From Planctomycetota bacterium (lineage in GTDB: Bacteria > Planctomycetota > J058 > J103): a DNA stretch of 64,000 nucleotides. Positions 1 through 9,591 of this stretch are shown here, one piece after another; position 1 is the stretch's first letter, and each line of letters opens with the position of its first letter. Location of the stretch: positions 8,874 to 72,873 of the forward strand of contig BPJM01000013.1 in NCBI GenBank assembly GCA_026004615.1, written 5' to 3'. Made by a program: the position numbers and the translations under genes. The notes below the pieces were generated by a model, which saw nothing but the letters and a program-made list of their open reading frames with translations, did no database searches and was not told the origin of the DNA.

Positions 1-11
1 CCGCGGGCGGG

Positions 12-1820
12 GTGCTCTGGCACGGAGCGGCCAGCTGGCGGCGCGCGGCCGCGCGCGAACGGGCGCTCGCGGCCTACCATTCCCCGGCCGCGCCTGCTGA
101 CGCGGCAGCGGCTGCCGCCGCGCGCGGTCTCGCCTCGTTCCCCGATGACCCGGTGCTGCTGGCGGTGCGGGCAGCGGCGCTGGCGCGCCGGGCGGCCGAC
201 CGCGAGCGCGCGGAGGCGGCCTACGGGCAGCTACTCGAGGCCACGGGCGCACCGCAGGCGCGCGCGTTGGCGGCGGCGGCGCGGGCGGCGCTCGCGCTGG
301 CCGCGGCGCGGGAGAGTACCGACGAGGCGGAACGGAGCCGCGCGCTCGAACGCGCGGAGCGAGCGCTGGCGGCGGCCGGCACGGCCGCCGGCGCGGCGCC
401 GACCGCGGTGCGCGCGGTGCAGGGGGCGCTGGCGCTGGCGCGTGGCGAGGTGCAGCAGGCGCTCGCCATCCTCGGCGAACGGCCGCTGGCGGCGGCTGGC
501 AACGGCACGGCCGAGGGGGCGCCGCCCCTGGGAGCGCTGCTCGGCTGGTACAGCGCGCGGGCGGCGGCGCTCGCGGCCGCCGGCGATCCGGCGGGGGCGG
601 CCGCTGCCCTCCGCCCGGCGCTGCTGCTCGCACCCGGGCGGGCCGAGCTGGGCGAGCGGCACGCGCGGCTGGTGGCGTCCGGGCTGGCGCGGGCAGCCAC
701 CGGCGGCGGGCCCGCGCCGGATCCGGAGGCGCACGCGCGTGCGCTCGCGCCGGTGCAGGCGCTGCTCCAGCCGGTCTACCCGCTCATGCGCCGGGGCGAG
801 CTGGTGCCGATCTACCTGCGGCGACCGGCGGAGCGGGCGCTGGTGGAGGAGGCGCTGGGGCTGGTGCGGCTCCAGGCGGGCGAGCTGGAGGCGGCGGTGC
901 GCCAGCTGCAGAGCGCGCTCGGGCATGCCGAGGCGGCGGCGCGGCTGGCCGGCCGCGCCCCGGAAGACGACCTCCAGGTGCTCGCGCTCGCGCGGGCGAT
1001 CGGTATCGCGTACGCGCGCTGGGCGGCGGCGGCTGCGGACGCGGGCGAGGAGCGCGAGCGGCGGCGGCTCGCCGCGATCGGCGCCCGCAAGCTCGCCGAG
1101 ACCGGGATGCGGCTGCGGGCGCGCGCCGAGGCCGGCGAGCCGGCGGCGGCCGGACCGGCGGCGGCGCGGGCCGCGGGCTCGCCGGAGCGCGCCGAGGCGG
1201 CGGCGCTGCTGCTCGAGGCAGCGGTGCTCTTTCAGTGGTCCGGCTTCATGCCGGAGGCGCTGCGCGCGCTCGAGCAGGCCGAGCGCGCGGGCCTGCCCGC
1301 GGGGGCGAGCGCGCGCGCGGCGCGCGTGCGCGCCGCGGCGCTGGACGGGCTGGGGCGCGCGGCCCCGCGCGAGCGCATCGCCGCCTACGAGCGCGCGATC
1401 GAGGCGGAGCCCGAGCACCCGCTGGTGGGGCCGATGCGGGAGCGGATCGCGGAGCTGGAGCGGAGGGGGAGCGCGGTGATCTGCCCGCACTGCGAGGCCG
1501 ACACTCCGGCCAGTGCGCCGCGGTGCGTGCGCTGCGGCGGCTCGCTCGATGTCACCTTCGAGGAGCTGAGCGGCGCGGTGCTGGTGGAGGAGGAGCAGCG
1601 GCAGCAGTGGCGGGCGGAGGTGCGCGCCCGCGGGGTGCTGACGCTCGGGGCCGTACTCTTCGCGCTCGCGCTGCTGGCGCACCTGCTTCTGGTGCCGCGT
1701 GCGCCCGAGGTGGTGGTGCTGCCGGTGGAGCCGATGCTCTTCGAGCCGCCCTCGGAGCCGGCGCCACCGCCGGCGCCAGCGCTCCCGGGCCTGGAGCCAG
1801 TGATTCCGGCCGGCCGCTGA
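12..1820 (+). CDS. Ala-rich TPR-like repeat protein with zinc-ribbon and C-terminal TM helix (possibly 5'-truncated by window edge)
   Basis: ORF 12..1820; helical Ala/Leu/Arg repeats, CPHCEADTPASAPRCVRCGG zinc-ribbon, hydrophobic helix GVLTLGAVLFALALLAHLLLV, Pro-rich tail; frame stays open back to base 3. Confidence 0.55.
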   Translation: MLWHGAASWRRAAARERALAAYHSPAAPADAAAAAAARGLASFPDDPVLLAVRAAALARRAADRERAEAAYGQLLEATGAPQARALAAAARAALALAAARESTDEAERSRALERAERALAAAGTAAGAAPTAVRAVQGALALARGEVQQALAILGERPLAAAGNGTAEGAPPLGALLGWYSARAAALAAAGDPAGAAAALRPALLLAPGRAELGERHARLVASGLARAATGGGPAPDPEAHARALAPVQALLQPVYPLMRRGELVPIYLRRPAERALVEEALGLVRLQAGELEAAVRQLQSALGHAEAAARLAGRAPEDDLQVLALARAIGIAYARWAAAAADAGEERERRRLAAIGARKLAETGMRLRARAEAGEPAAAGPAAARAAGSPERAEAAALLLEAAVLFQWSGFMPEALRALEQAERAGLPAGASARAARVRAAALDGLGRAAPRERIAAYERAIEAEPEHPLVGPMRERIAELERRGSAVICPHCEADTPASAPRCVRCGGSLDVTFEELSGAVLVEEEQRQQWRAEVRARGVLTLGAVLFALALLAHLLLVPRAPEVVVLPVEPMLFEPPSEPAPPPAPALPGLEPVIPAGR

Positions 1821-1841
1821 GCGGCGGTGCCCCTGTTCTCG

Positions 1842-1944
1842 CTCTCCCCACCGGGGAGAGGGCCGGGGTGAGGGGGCGGTGCGAGTTGCAGCTGCTGTTC
1901 GAGGCCCCCTCACCCTGACCCTCTCCTCCGCAAGCGGGGGAGAG
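1842..1944. repeat. REP-like palindromic element pair (two inverted copies of a ~36-nt unit, each with its own small hairpin)
   Basis: copy A 1842-1877 ctctccccaccggggagagggccggggtgagggggc; copy B 1904-1944 is its imperfect reverse complement; 12-bp arms gggtgagggggc (1866-1877) / gccccctcaccc (1904-1915) can pair across a 26-nt loop; starts 22 nt after the upstream stop codon. Confidence 0.55.
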
Positions 1945-2106
1945 GGGAGGGGGAGCGCGACCGGGGCAGAGGGGACGGGCGCGCGCGCGGGGAGCGGGGA
2001 GCGGAACCGAGGCGAGGCGGCGGCGGGCTCGCGCGGAGGGGCGAGGGGTGGAGCGGCAGATCGCCATGCAGCGCTGCCAGGGGCGGTCGCGCCAGGGCCA
2101 GGCCCC

Positions 2107-2658
2107 ATGACGGCGCCGCCGCAGCTTCGCCCGCAGCCGCCACCGCACCGCGAGCCGTCCCCGCCCGCGCTCGCGTGGACCAGCTGGCCGGTGCGCGATG
2201 ACTGGCCGCGCTCGCTGGTGCTGGTGGCGATCGTGCTGGGGCTGGCGGTGGCGGTGGGCTGGAGCTTCGCCAGCGCGGGCTGGGGAGCGTTCGCCGCGCT
2301 GGTGCTGCTCGGAGCGCTGGGGCGCTACTTCGTGCCCGCGACCTACCGGCTCGATGCGCAGGGCCTCACCGTGCGCACCCTCGGCCAGAAGCGACACCGG
2401 CGCTGGAGCGAGATCCGGGCCTACTACCCCCACCACGACGGCGTCTTCCTCTCGCCGTTCGCGCGCCCCTCGCCGCTCGATCCGTTCCGGGGGCTGTACC
2501 TGCGCTACCGGAGCCCGGCCGACCGTGCTGCGGTCGAGCGCTTTCTCGAGGCGGTGGGGGTGCGGAGAGGAGGCGCGAGCGGTGCCGCACCGGGCGGTGC
2601 TGGCGCGCCGCCGGCTGGGGCCTGTTCGGGGGCAGCTGGCGCCGGTGGCGGGGCATGA
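2107..2658 (+). CDS. membrane protein with bacterial PH-like domain
   Basis: ATG 2107 inside ORF 1879..2658 (upstream part of that ORF is the translated REP element); two hydrophobic helices (LVLVAIVLGLAVAVGW, GAFAALVLLGALG) then YRLDAQGLTVRTLGQKRHRRWSEIRAYY. Confidence 0.55.
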   Translation: MTAPPQLRPQPPPHREPSPPALAWTSWPVRDDWPRSLVLVAIVLGLAVAVGWSFASAGWGAFAALVLLGALGRYFVPATYRLDAQGLTVRTLGQKRHRRWSEIRAYYPHHDGVFLSPFARPSPLDPFRGLYLRYRSPADRAAVERFLEAVGVRRGGASGAAPGGAGAPPAGACSGAAGAGGGA

Positions 2659-2758
2659 ACGCCTGCCGGGAGCAGGGGGGCGCTCCGGGCAAGGGGATCG
2701 CCGTTGCACGGCCGGTCGACCCCCGTATAATGGCGCGGCTTCGAGGTGTGCGCGGGTG

Positions 2759-3193
2759 GTGGTGACGGTGACGGCGGAGCGGAGCGGCGCGGGGTCGGGC
2801 AGCCCCGGGCGCGGCGGGTTCATACCTCGCCTGCTGCAGGCGGCGCGGGCCGAACTGGCGCGGGCGTTCGCCGTCCAGCCCCCGGGCCCGCTCGAACAGC
2901 AGGACCGCGAGCTGCTCGAGCGCGTGGCCCGGGCGGTGCGGCGGCGGCGCATGCAGGCGCCCGCGGTGCTGTTTTTGGAGTCGGTCAAGCCGCTCGGGTT
3001 CGTCGGCTCGCAGGCGATGTGGTTTCTGCGCCCGTTCGCCACCGCGGTGCTGCGCCGGCCGGCGGACTACGACCGGTTCGCCCGCCTGTTGGAGCGGCGC
3101 GACGGGATCGAGGCGCTGCTGGAGCGGATCGAGGCCGGGGACGCGGACGAGGGGCGGGACGAGGGTTCAGCCGAGGGCGAGGTCGAGCCGTGA
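2759..3193 (+). CDS. small conserved-looking hypothetical protein, first gene of the GlmL-like operon
   Basis: GTG 2759 in ORF 2198..3193 (start uncertain); hydrophobic segment APAVLFLESVKPLGFVGSQAMWFLRPF, acidic tail; stop overlaps next start (GTGA 3190-3193). Confidence 0.45.
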   Translation: MVTVTAERSGAGSGSPGRGGFIPRLLQAARAELARAFAVQPPGPLEQQDRELLERVARAVRRRRMQAPAVLFLESVKPLGFVGSQAMWFLRPFATAVLRRPADYDRFARLLERRDGIEALLERIEAGDADEGRDEGSAEGEVEP

Positions 3194-5055
3194 GCGGCGT
3201 TCCCAATCCCGACGAGCTGCGCGTGATCGTCGCGACCGACTGCGGGTCGACGACGACCAAGGCCATCCTCATCGAGCGGACCGAGGAGGGCTACCGCCAG
3301 ACCTGGCGCGGCGAGGCGCCGACCACGGTCGAGGCGCCGTTCGAGGACGTCACCCGCGGCGTGCTCAACGCGATCGCGGAGATCGAGGAGCTGTCGGGCC
3401 GGCAGATCCTCGACGGCGAGCGGATCATCACGCCGGCGCGGGGCGAGCGCGGCGTCGACATCTACATCTCGACCAGCTCGGCGGGCGGCGGCCTGCAGAT
3501 GCTGGTCGCCGGCGCCGTCAAGACCATGACCGCCGAGAGCGCGCAGCGCGCGGCGCTGGGGGCGGGGGCGATCGTCATGGATGTGCTCGCCGCCAACGAC
3601 GGGCGGCTGCCGCACGAGAAGATCGAACGCATCCGCAACCTGCGGCCGGACATGATCCTGCTCTCGGGCGGGACCGACGGTGGCACGGTCAGCCACGTGG
3701 TCGAGCTGGCGGAGTACATCGCCGCCGCGAACCCGCGGCCGCGGCTGGGGGGCGGCTATCGCCTGCCGGTCATCTACGCGGGCAACAAGGACGCCCGCGA
3801 GCAGATCCGGCAGCTGCTCGGGGAGCGGATGGCGCTGTGCATCGTCGACAACCTCCGGCCGACGCTGGAGCGGGAGAATCTCTGGCCCTCGCGCCAGAAG
3901 ATCCAGGAACTGTTCCTCGAACACGTGATGGCACAGGCGCCCGGCTACAAGAAGCTCATGGCGATGACGGGCGCGCCCATCATGCCGACTCCGGCGGCGA
4001 TGGGCGAGATGATCCGCACCATCGCGGCGCAGCTCGGGCTGAACGTGCTCGGCGTCGACATCGGCGGGGCGACCACGGATGTCTTCTCCAGCTTCCGGGT
4101 CGAGGGCGCGCCCGAGCCGGTGTTCAACCGCACCGTCAGCGCCAACCTCGGCATGAGCTACTCGATCAGCAACGTCATGGCGCGCGCCGGCATCGATCGG
4201 GTGCTGCGCTGGGTGCCGTTCGCGACCGATGAGGCCGAGCTGCGGGACGCGATCAAGAACAAGATGATCCGCCCGACCACGATCCCCCAGCAGCTGGAGG
4301 ATCTGCAGATCGAGCAGGCGCTGGCGCGCGAGGCGCTGCGCGGCTCGCTGGAGGAGCACCGCAGCCTGGCGGTGGGACTCAAGGGGGTGCAGACCGAACG
4401 CACCATCTCGGATGCGCTGAGCCAGGAGGCGAGCGGCGCGAGCCTGGTCGACATGATGCGGCTGGAGCTGATCGTGGGCTCCGGCGGGGTGCTCTCGCAC
4501 GCCCCGCGGCGCGTGCAGGCCTTCCTCATGATGCTCGATGCCTTCGAGCCCGAGGGGATCACCCGGCTCGCGGTCGACTCGATCTTCATGATGCCGCACC
4601 TGGGGGTGCTGGCCACGATCCACCCGCGCGCGAGCGCGGAGGTCTTCGAGCGCGACTGCATGATCCCGCTGGGCACGGCCATCGCACCCCGCGGCACCGC
4701 CCGCAAGGAGGGGGTGCGCTGCCTCGGCTACCGGATCGAGCTGCCGGGCGGGCGCGTGGAGCAGGGCGAGCAGCCCTTCGGCGAGCTGCGCCGGCTGCCG
4801 CTCGGGCGCGACGAGCAGGCGACGGTGGAGCTGGAGCCTGCGCGCGGCTTCGACGTCGGGGCTGGGCCCGGCAAGACACTGCGGGCGACGGTGAGCGGGG
4901 GCGAGGTGGGGCTCGTGATCGACACGCGCGGCCGGCCGCTCTTCATGCACGAGGACCGGCAGCGGCGGTTCGCCCAGCTGCGCCGCTGGTACGAGGCGAT
5001 GGAGCTCTATCCGGCGCCGAAGCCGATCGAGGTGTCGGCCATGGCGGAGCGCTGA
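3190..5055 (+). CDS. GlmL/MutL-like ASKHA-fold ATPase (methylaspartate-mutase accessory / hydantoinase-branch family)
   Basis: 621 aa; IVATDCGSTTTKAILIE (phosphate-1), LLSGGTDGG, GVDIGGATTDVFS (phosphate-2/adenosine) in the order typical of GlmL-type actin-fold ATPases; junk-like N-terminal part of ORF 2746..5055 excluded. Confidence 0.85.
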   Translation: MSGVPNPDELRVIVATDCGSTTTKAILIERTEEGYRQTWRGEAPTTVEAPFEDVTRGVLNAIAEIEELSGRQILDGERIITPARGERGVDIYISTSSAGGGLQMLVAGAVKTMTAESAQRAALGAGAIVMDVLAANDGRLPHEKIERIRNLRPDMILLSGGTDGGTVSHVVELAEYIAAANPRPRLGGGYRLPVIYAGNKDAREQIRQLLGERMALCIVDNLRPTLERENLWPSRQKIQELFLEHVMAQAPGYKKLMAMTGAPIMPTPAAMGEMIRTIAAQLGLNVLGVDIGGATTDVFSSFRVEGAPEPVFNRTVSANLGMSYSISNVMARAGIDRVLRWVPFATDEAELRDAIKNKMIRPTTIPQQLEDLQIEQALAREALRGSLEEHRSLAVGLKGVQTERTISDALSQEASGASLVDMMRLELIVGSGGVLSHAPRRVQAFLMMLDAFEPEGITRLAVDSIFMMPHLGVLATIHPRASAEVFERDCMIPLGTAIAPRGTARKEGVRCLGYRIELPGGRVEQGEQPFGELRRLPLGRDEQATVELEPARGFDVGAGPGKTLRATVSGGEVGLVIDTRGRPLFMHEDRQRRFAQLRRWYEAMELYPAPKPIEVSAMAER

Positions 5056-5057
5056 GC

Positions 5058-6185
5058 ATGGGCCACGCATACACGCCGGGGTTGCGGGTGGCGCGGCGCA
5101 CCCGGGTGCGCAAGCGGCGCACGCTGCCGCTGCCGGGCACGGTCCGGGTGGAGGTGGGCGAGCGCGTGCGCGCGGACCAGGTGGTCGCCGAGACCCACCT
5201 GCCCGGCGACGTGCACAGCGTCAACGTCGTCAACCGGCTCGGCATCACGCCGTCCGAGATCCGGGAGTACATGCTCAAGCAGGAGGGCGATCCGGTCCGC
5301 AAGGGCGAGCCCATCGCGCGCGCCAAGGCGTTCTTCGGCCTGCTCAAGACCGAGGTCCCCTCCCCGATCGACGGCAGCGTGGAGACGATCAGCACGGTGA
5401 CCGGTCAGGTGCTGCTGCGCACCCCGCCCAAGCCGGTGCAGGTCCGCGCCTTCATCGACGGCACGGTGCTCGAGGTCGAGCCGGGCGAGGGCGTGGTCGT
5501 GGAGACCGTCGCCACCTTCATCCAGGGCATCTTCGGGGTGGGGCGCGAGTGCTGGGGGCGGCTGGCGGTGCTGGCCCCGGGGCCGGAGGCGCCGCTGGAG
5601 CCGGGGGCGATCCGGCCCGAGCACCGGGGGGCGCTCGTGGTGGGCGGCTCGCTCGCGTCCTACGAGGCGATCGCGCGGGCGCGCGAGGTGGGCGCCGCGG
5701 GGGTGATCGCCGGCGGGATCCACGACGAGGATCTGCGGCGGCTGCTCGGCTACGACCTCGGGGTGGCGATCACGGGCGAGGAGGAGATCGGCATCACGGT
5801 CGTGGTCACCGAGGGCTTCGGCGAGATCGCGATGGCGGAGCGGACCTTCCGGCTGCTCCAGGAGCGGCAGGGCGCGCAGGGCTCGCTCTCGGGTGCCACC
5901 CAGATCCGGGCCGGGGTGATCCGGCCCGAGATCATCCTGCCGTATGCCGGGGGCGATCCCGCCGCCGAACCCGAGGAGGAAGCGGTGCTCGGCGAGATGG
6001 GCATCGGCGATCCGGTGCGCTGCATCCGCCGGCCGTACTTCGGGCGGATCGGCCGGGTCAAGAGCCTGCCGGTGGAGCTGGTGCAGGTGGAGAGCGAGAC
6101 GCGGGTGCGGGTGGTCGAGGTGGAGTTCGACGGCGAGAGCGCGATCGTGCCCCGCGCCAACGTCGAGCGGATCGAGCTGGGCTGA
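5058..6185 (+). CDS. barrel-sandwich (lipoyl-like) hybrid / Rossmann-like / KOW-like three-part protein, function unknown
   Basis: 375 aa, starts 2 nt after previous stop; VRVEVGERVRADQVVAE ... SPIDGSVETISTVTGQVLL; GALVVGGSLASYEAIARAREVGAAGVIAGG; C-terminal GDPVRCIRRPYFGRIGRVKSL... Confidence 0.75.
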   Translation: MGHAYTPGLRVARRTRVRKRRTLPLPGTVRVEVGERVRADQVVAETHLPGDVHSVNVVNRLGITPSEIREYMLKQEGDPVRKGEPIARAKAFFGLLKTEVPSPIDGSVETISTVTGQVLLRTPPKPVQVRAFIDGTVLEVEPGEGVVVETVATFIQGIFGVGRECWGRLAVLAPGPEAPLEPGAIRPEHRGALVVGGSLASYEAIARAREVGAAGVIAGGIHDEDLRRLLGYDLGVAITGEEEIGITVVVTEGFGEIAMAERTFRLLQERQGAQGSLSGATQIRAGVIRPEIILPYAGGDPAAEPEEEAVLGEMGIGDPVRCIRRPYFGRIGRVKSLPVELVQVESETRVRVVEVEFDGESAIVPRANVERIELG

Positions 6186-6245
6186 ACGCAGGGCGCCGGC
6201 CGGGCCGGAGCCCGCGCCCGGCCTGCCGCGCCAGGGGACGGAGGC

Positions 6246-7724
6246 ATGCGGAAGGGCAGCTGCGGGAGGTCGAGGGGCGGCGCGGCGGCGGCGCTCGTGC
6301 TCGTGCTGGTGCTCGCCGCCCTGGCGGCCGCGGCAGAACAGCCACCGCCAGCCGAGCCCGCCGGCGGCGCCGCCCCGGTGCCACTGCCGGATAGGGTCTG
6401 GCTCGAGGACACTCCCAACGACGACGGCCGGCAGCTGACGCTGCGCTGGCGCGGCGGCGACGGCGCGGCCGCCGAGGGCGTGCTGCTCCAGCCCCAGCTC
6501 GCCACCGGGCCCGACGGGCCGTGGTTCGACGCCGGCAGCCCGGCGCCGGCGCGCGGTGCCTGGTACCGCGACCTGGAGCCCGTCTACGGCATCTTCATCC
6601 GGCTCGGCGACGACGGCGGGCACGGGGTCGTGCTCAAGCCGCTCGAGGTCGCGCCGTTTGCGCCCGCGCGGCTGGTGCGCCTGATGCTGGAGCCGGCGCC
6701 CCGGCCCGAGGCGCTCGCGGAACTGGAGCAGCTGCTCGGCAAGCAGACCCTCGCGGCCATCCGCCAGGTGCTGCGCGACTGGGAGGTGGGCGAGCCGGAC
6801 GATCTGGCCGGCCACGTCGAGGCCAAGGTCATGCGCGCCGTCGAGCGGCTCGTGCTCGGGCGGCCCTGGTACGCGCGGCTGGTGGCGAGCCGCGACGGCG
6901 GCACGCTCGGCACCGTGGCCGCCGAGGCCCCGCTCCAGCCGGCGGAGAACCTGTTCGACCGGCGCAAGGTCAACAACCTCGCCTTCGCCCTGGTGTTCTC
7001 GGCGCTGGTGCTGCTGTTGATCCGGCGGGCGCGCCGCGACCCGGATCTGTACCTGCGCCGGCTGGCGGGCCTCGATGCGGTGGACGAGGCGGTGGGCCGC
7101 GCCACCGAGATGGGAAAGCCGGTGCTGTTCGTGCACGGCCTCAACCCGATGGACTCGGTCTCCACCATCGCCGCGGTCAACATCCTGGGCGAGATCGCCA
7201 AGCGGGTGGCGCAGTTCGACTCCCGGTTGCTCGTCACCAACTACGATCCGATCGTGCTCGCGGTCTCGCAGGAGACGGTGCGCGAGGGCTTCACCCACGC
7301 CGGGCGGCCGGACGCCTACTCCGACGATGACGTCTTCCTCGCCGCCTCGGAGCAGTTTGCCTACGTGGCGGCGGTGGACGGGATCATGGTCCGGCAGCGC
7401 CCGGCGGCGAACCTGTACGTCGGCTATTTCTATGCGGAGTCGCTGTTGCTCGCCGAGACCGGCGCCACCACCGGCGCCATCCAGATCGCGGCCACCGACA
7501 GCTTCACGCAGCTGCCGTTCTTCGTGACCACCTGCGATTACACGCTCATGGGCGAGGAGCTGTACGCGGCCTCGGCGTACCTGTCGCGCGACCCGCTGCT
7601 GCTCGGCAGCATCAAGGGCCAGGACTGGGGCAAGGCGATCCTGATCGTGCTGCTCGTCGCCGGCGCGGCGCTGGCCGCCCTCGATGCCACCTGGCTGATC
7701 GAGCCGTTGATCAAGGTCTACTGA
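6246..7724 (+). CDS. membrane protein (signal peptide, exported domain, TM, cytoplasmic domain, C-terminal TM; DUF6754-like from memory)
   Basis: 492 aa ORF; AAAALVLVLVLAALAAAA leader, LAFALVFSALVLLLI and ILIVLLVAGAALAAL helices; non-degenerate composition. Confidence 0.75.
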   Translation: MRKGSCGRSRGGAAAALVLVLVLAALAAAAEQPPPAEPAGGAAPVPLPDRVWLEDTPNDDGRQLTLRWRGGDGAAAEGVLLQPQLATGPDGPWFDAGSPAPARGAWYRDLEPVYGIFIRLGDDGGHGVVLKPLEVAPFAPARLVRLMLEPAPRPEALAELEQLLGKQTLAAIRQVLRDWEVGEPDDLAGHVEAKVMRAVERLVLGRPWYARLVASRDGGTLGTVAAEAPLQPAENLFDRRKVNNLAFALVFSALVLLLIRRARRDPDLYLRRLAGLDAVDEAVGRATEMGKPVLFVHGLNPMDSVSTIAAVNILGEIAKRVAQFDSRLLVTNYDPIVLAVSQETVREGFTHAGRPDAYSDDDVFLAASEQFAYVAAVDGIMVRQRPAANLYVGYFYAESLLLAETGATTGAIQIAATDSFTQLPFFVTTCDYTLMGEELYAASAYLSRDPLLLGSIKGQDWGKAILIVLLVAGAALAALDATWLIEPLIKVY

Positions 7725-7731
7725 GAGATCC

Positions 7732-8424
7732 ATGCTGAAACGGACGGTACCGGTTGCGATCGCCTTCGTCGTCGGCCTGTGGTTCGTCATCCAGTATTTC
7801 GTGCCGGCGGGCTGGTCGCAGCAGTCGCTGACCGACGCGACGAACTGGGCGAAGATCCTGCTCGGCTTCGCCTACATCCTGGGGTTGTATTCGCTGGTGC
7901 ACGTGCACTGGCTCCGCATCCGGCGCCGCCAGCCCGGCTATGGCTATTCCCTGCTGGTCTACCTGGGGCTCGGGGTGACGGTCGCCCTCGGCATGGTGGG
8001 CGAGGTCGAGAAGGCCTGGAACCTGCTGGCGGGCGGCAGCGCCAGCTTCGCCGACTTCCAGACCTACGGCGGGCCGAACTGGACCTCGGGCGTGGACTGG
8101 ATCTACACCTACGTGCTCTATCCGGCCTCGGCGACCATGTTCTCCATCCTGGCGTTCTTCATCGCCTCGGCGGCTTACCGTACCTTCCGCGCGCGGACGC
8201 TGGAGGCGGCGCTGCTGCTGGTGGCGGCGGCGATCGTCATGTTCGGGCGGGTTCCGCTCTCGGCGGCGATCGATCAGGCGATCCCGCAGTTCGCCGACTG
8301 GATCATGGCGTACCCCAACATGGCGGTCAAACGGGCGATCCTCATCGGGGTCACCCTCGGCATGGTGGCAACCTCGCTGCGGATCATCTTCGGGATCGAG
8401 CGCGCCTATCTGGGGGGTGACTAG
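7732..8424 (+). CDS. polytopic membrane protein
   Basis: 230 aa ORF 7 nt after upstream stop; about six hydrophobic helices (e.g. VPVAIAFVVGLWFVIQYF, ILLGFAYILGLYSLV). Confidence 0.7.
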   Translation: MLKRTVPVAIAFVVGLWFVIQYFVPAGWSQQSLTDATNWAKILLGFAYILGLYSLVHVHWLRIRRRQPGYGYSLLVYLGLGVTVALGMVGEVEKAWNLLAGGSASFADFQTYGGPNWTSGVDWIYTYVLYPASATMFSILAFFIASAAYRTFRARTLEAALLLVAAAIVMFGRVPLSAAIDQAIPQFADWIMAYPNMAVKRAILIGVTLGMVATSLRIIFGIERAYLGGD

Positions 8425-8426
8425 CC

Positions 8427-9545
8427 GTGCACTGGCTGCTGCGGATCGACCGCCGCCTGATCTACGCGCTGGTCGCGATCGCGATCGGGCTGCCGACCCT
8501 GTGGCGCTTCCGGCTGCCCATCGCGCCGAGTCCGCCGGTGGAAGGGGTGCACTCCGCGATCGAGGCGCTCGAGCCTGGCCAGGTGCTGCTCGCCTCGCTC
8601 GATTTCGATCCTGCCTCGGCTCCGGAGCTGGAGCCGATGAGCCGGGCGGTGTTGCGGCACGCCTTCCGCAAGCGGCTGCGCGTGATCGCCATGACGCACT
8701 GGCCGCAGGGGGTGGGGCTCGCCAACCAGATCGTCGAGCAGACGGTGCGGGAGTTCGACGAGATCACGGTCGCCTTCGAGCGGTTCGCGAGCAGGCAGCA
8801 GGCGGAGCAGCGGCGGGCGGCGCTCGCCGGCCAGCCGCTCGCCGAGGCGCTCGGGGGGCCGGCGGCGGTCGGCGCAGCGGGGACGGCGGTGATCCGCGCC
8901 GGTGCCGGCAGCGTGCGTTCCCGCTCCGGCGCCGAGCCGCCGGCCTGGTCGCCTGCGCTGCTGCAGGCGCTGGGGCAGGCCGAGCCGGGCAGCAGCGCGC
9001 TGGTCGAGGATCCGGAGCGCGGCTGGTACCTGCTCGCGGTGCGCGAGCGCACCCCGAGCCTGCGCTACGGGGAGGACTACGTCTTCCTCGGCCAGCGGGC
9101 CGGCCTCGGAATCCTGATCGTCAGCATGGGCCAGTCGATGCATGCCGCGTTCCCGGCGGACGCCGCCGGCCGGCCCACCCGCGAGATGCCGGTCTTCCGC
9201 GGGGTGGAGACCCTGGGGGATGTGGACTATCTGATCTGTCTGGCGGCGGGCAACTCGGGCGAGGCCTGGGTGGCCTACGGCGCGGAGCGCTACAAGTTCC
9301 CGATGGGCATCGGCTGCACGGCGGTCATCGCGCCCGATCTGTATCCGTACTGGCAGGCGGGCCAGATCACCGGGATCGTCGGCGGCGTCAAGGGCGCCTG
9401 GGAGTACGAGCACCTGATCGGCATCCCGGCGCAGGCGACCGAGATGGTGCCGGCGCAGACGGTGGCCCACATGGTGGTGATCGCGCTGATCGCGATCTGC
9501 AATCTCGGCTATTTCCTGTCGCGCCGGCGGGGTGGGGCGCGGTAG
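8427..9545 (+). CDS. membrane-anchored protein, layout similar to 6246..7724
   Basis: 372 aa ORF 2 nt after upstream stop; N-terminal helix LIYALVAIAIGLPTL, C-terminal helix VAHMVVIALIAICNLGYF, soluble middle. Confidence 0.7.
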   Translation: MHWLLRIDRRLIYALVAIAIGLPTLWRFRLPIAPSPPVEGVHSAIEALEPGQVLLASLDFDPASAPELEPMSRAVLRHAFRKRLRVIAMTHWPQGVGLANQIVEQTVREFDEITVAFERFASRQQAEQRRAALAGQPLAEALGGPAAVGAAGTAVIRAGAGSVRSRSGAEPPAWSPALLQALGQAEPGSSALVEDPERGWYLLAVRERTPSLRYGEDYVFLGQRAGLGILIVSMGQSMHAAFPADAAGRPTREMPVFRGVETLGDVDYLICLAAGNSGEAWVAYGAERYKFPMGIGCTAVIAPDLYPYWQAGQITGIVGGVKGAWEYEHLIGIPAQATEMVPAQTVAHMVVIALIAICNLGYFLSRRRGGAR

Positions 9546-9591
9546 CCGCTATCGGCGGCGCGGGCGAGGCGCAAGGCACGAAGGACGGGCG

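Noticed and set aside
231-2108. 625-aa minus-strand ORF, and similar giant ORFs in the track (5007..7790 -, 20904..24161 -, 28534..31590 -, 44941..48150 -, 54233..57532 +, 57972..60611 -, 60338..63379 -)
   Set aside because: All are Arg/Pro/Ala/Gly-dominated with no family motifs. Each lies antisense or out of frame to an ORF that has clear conserved motifs. Long stop-free shadow frames are expected at this GC content.
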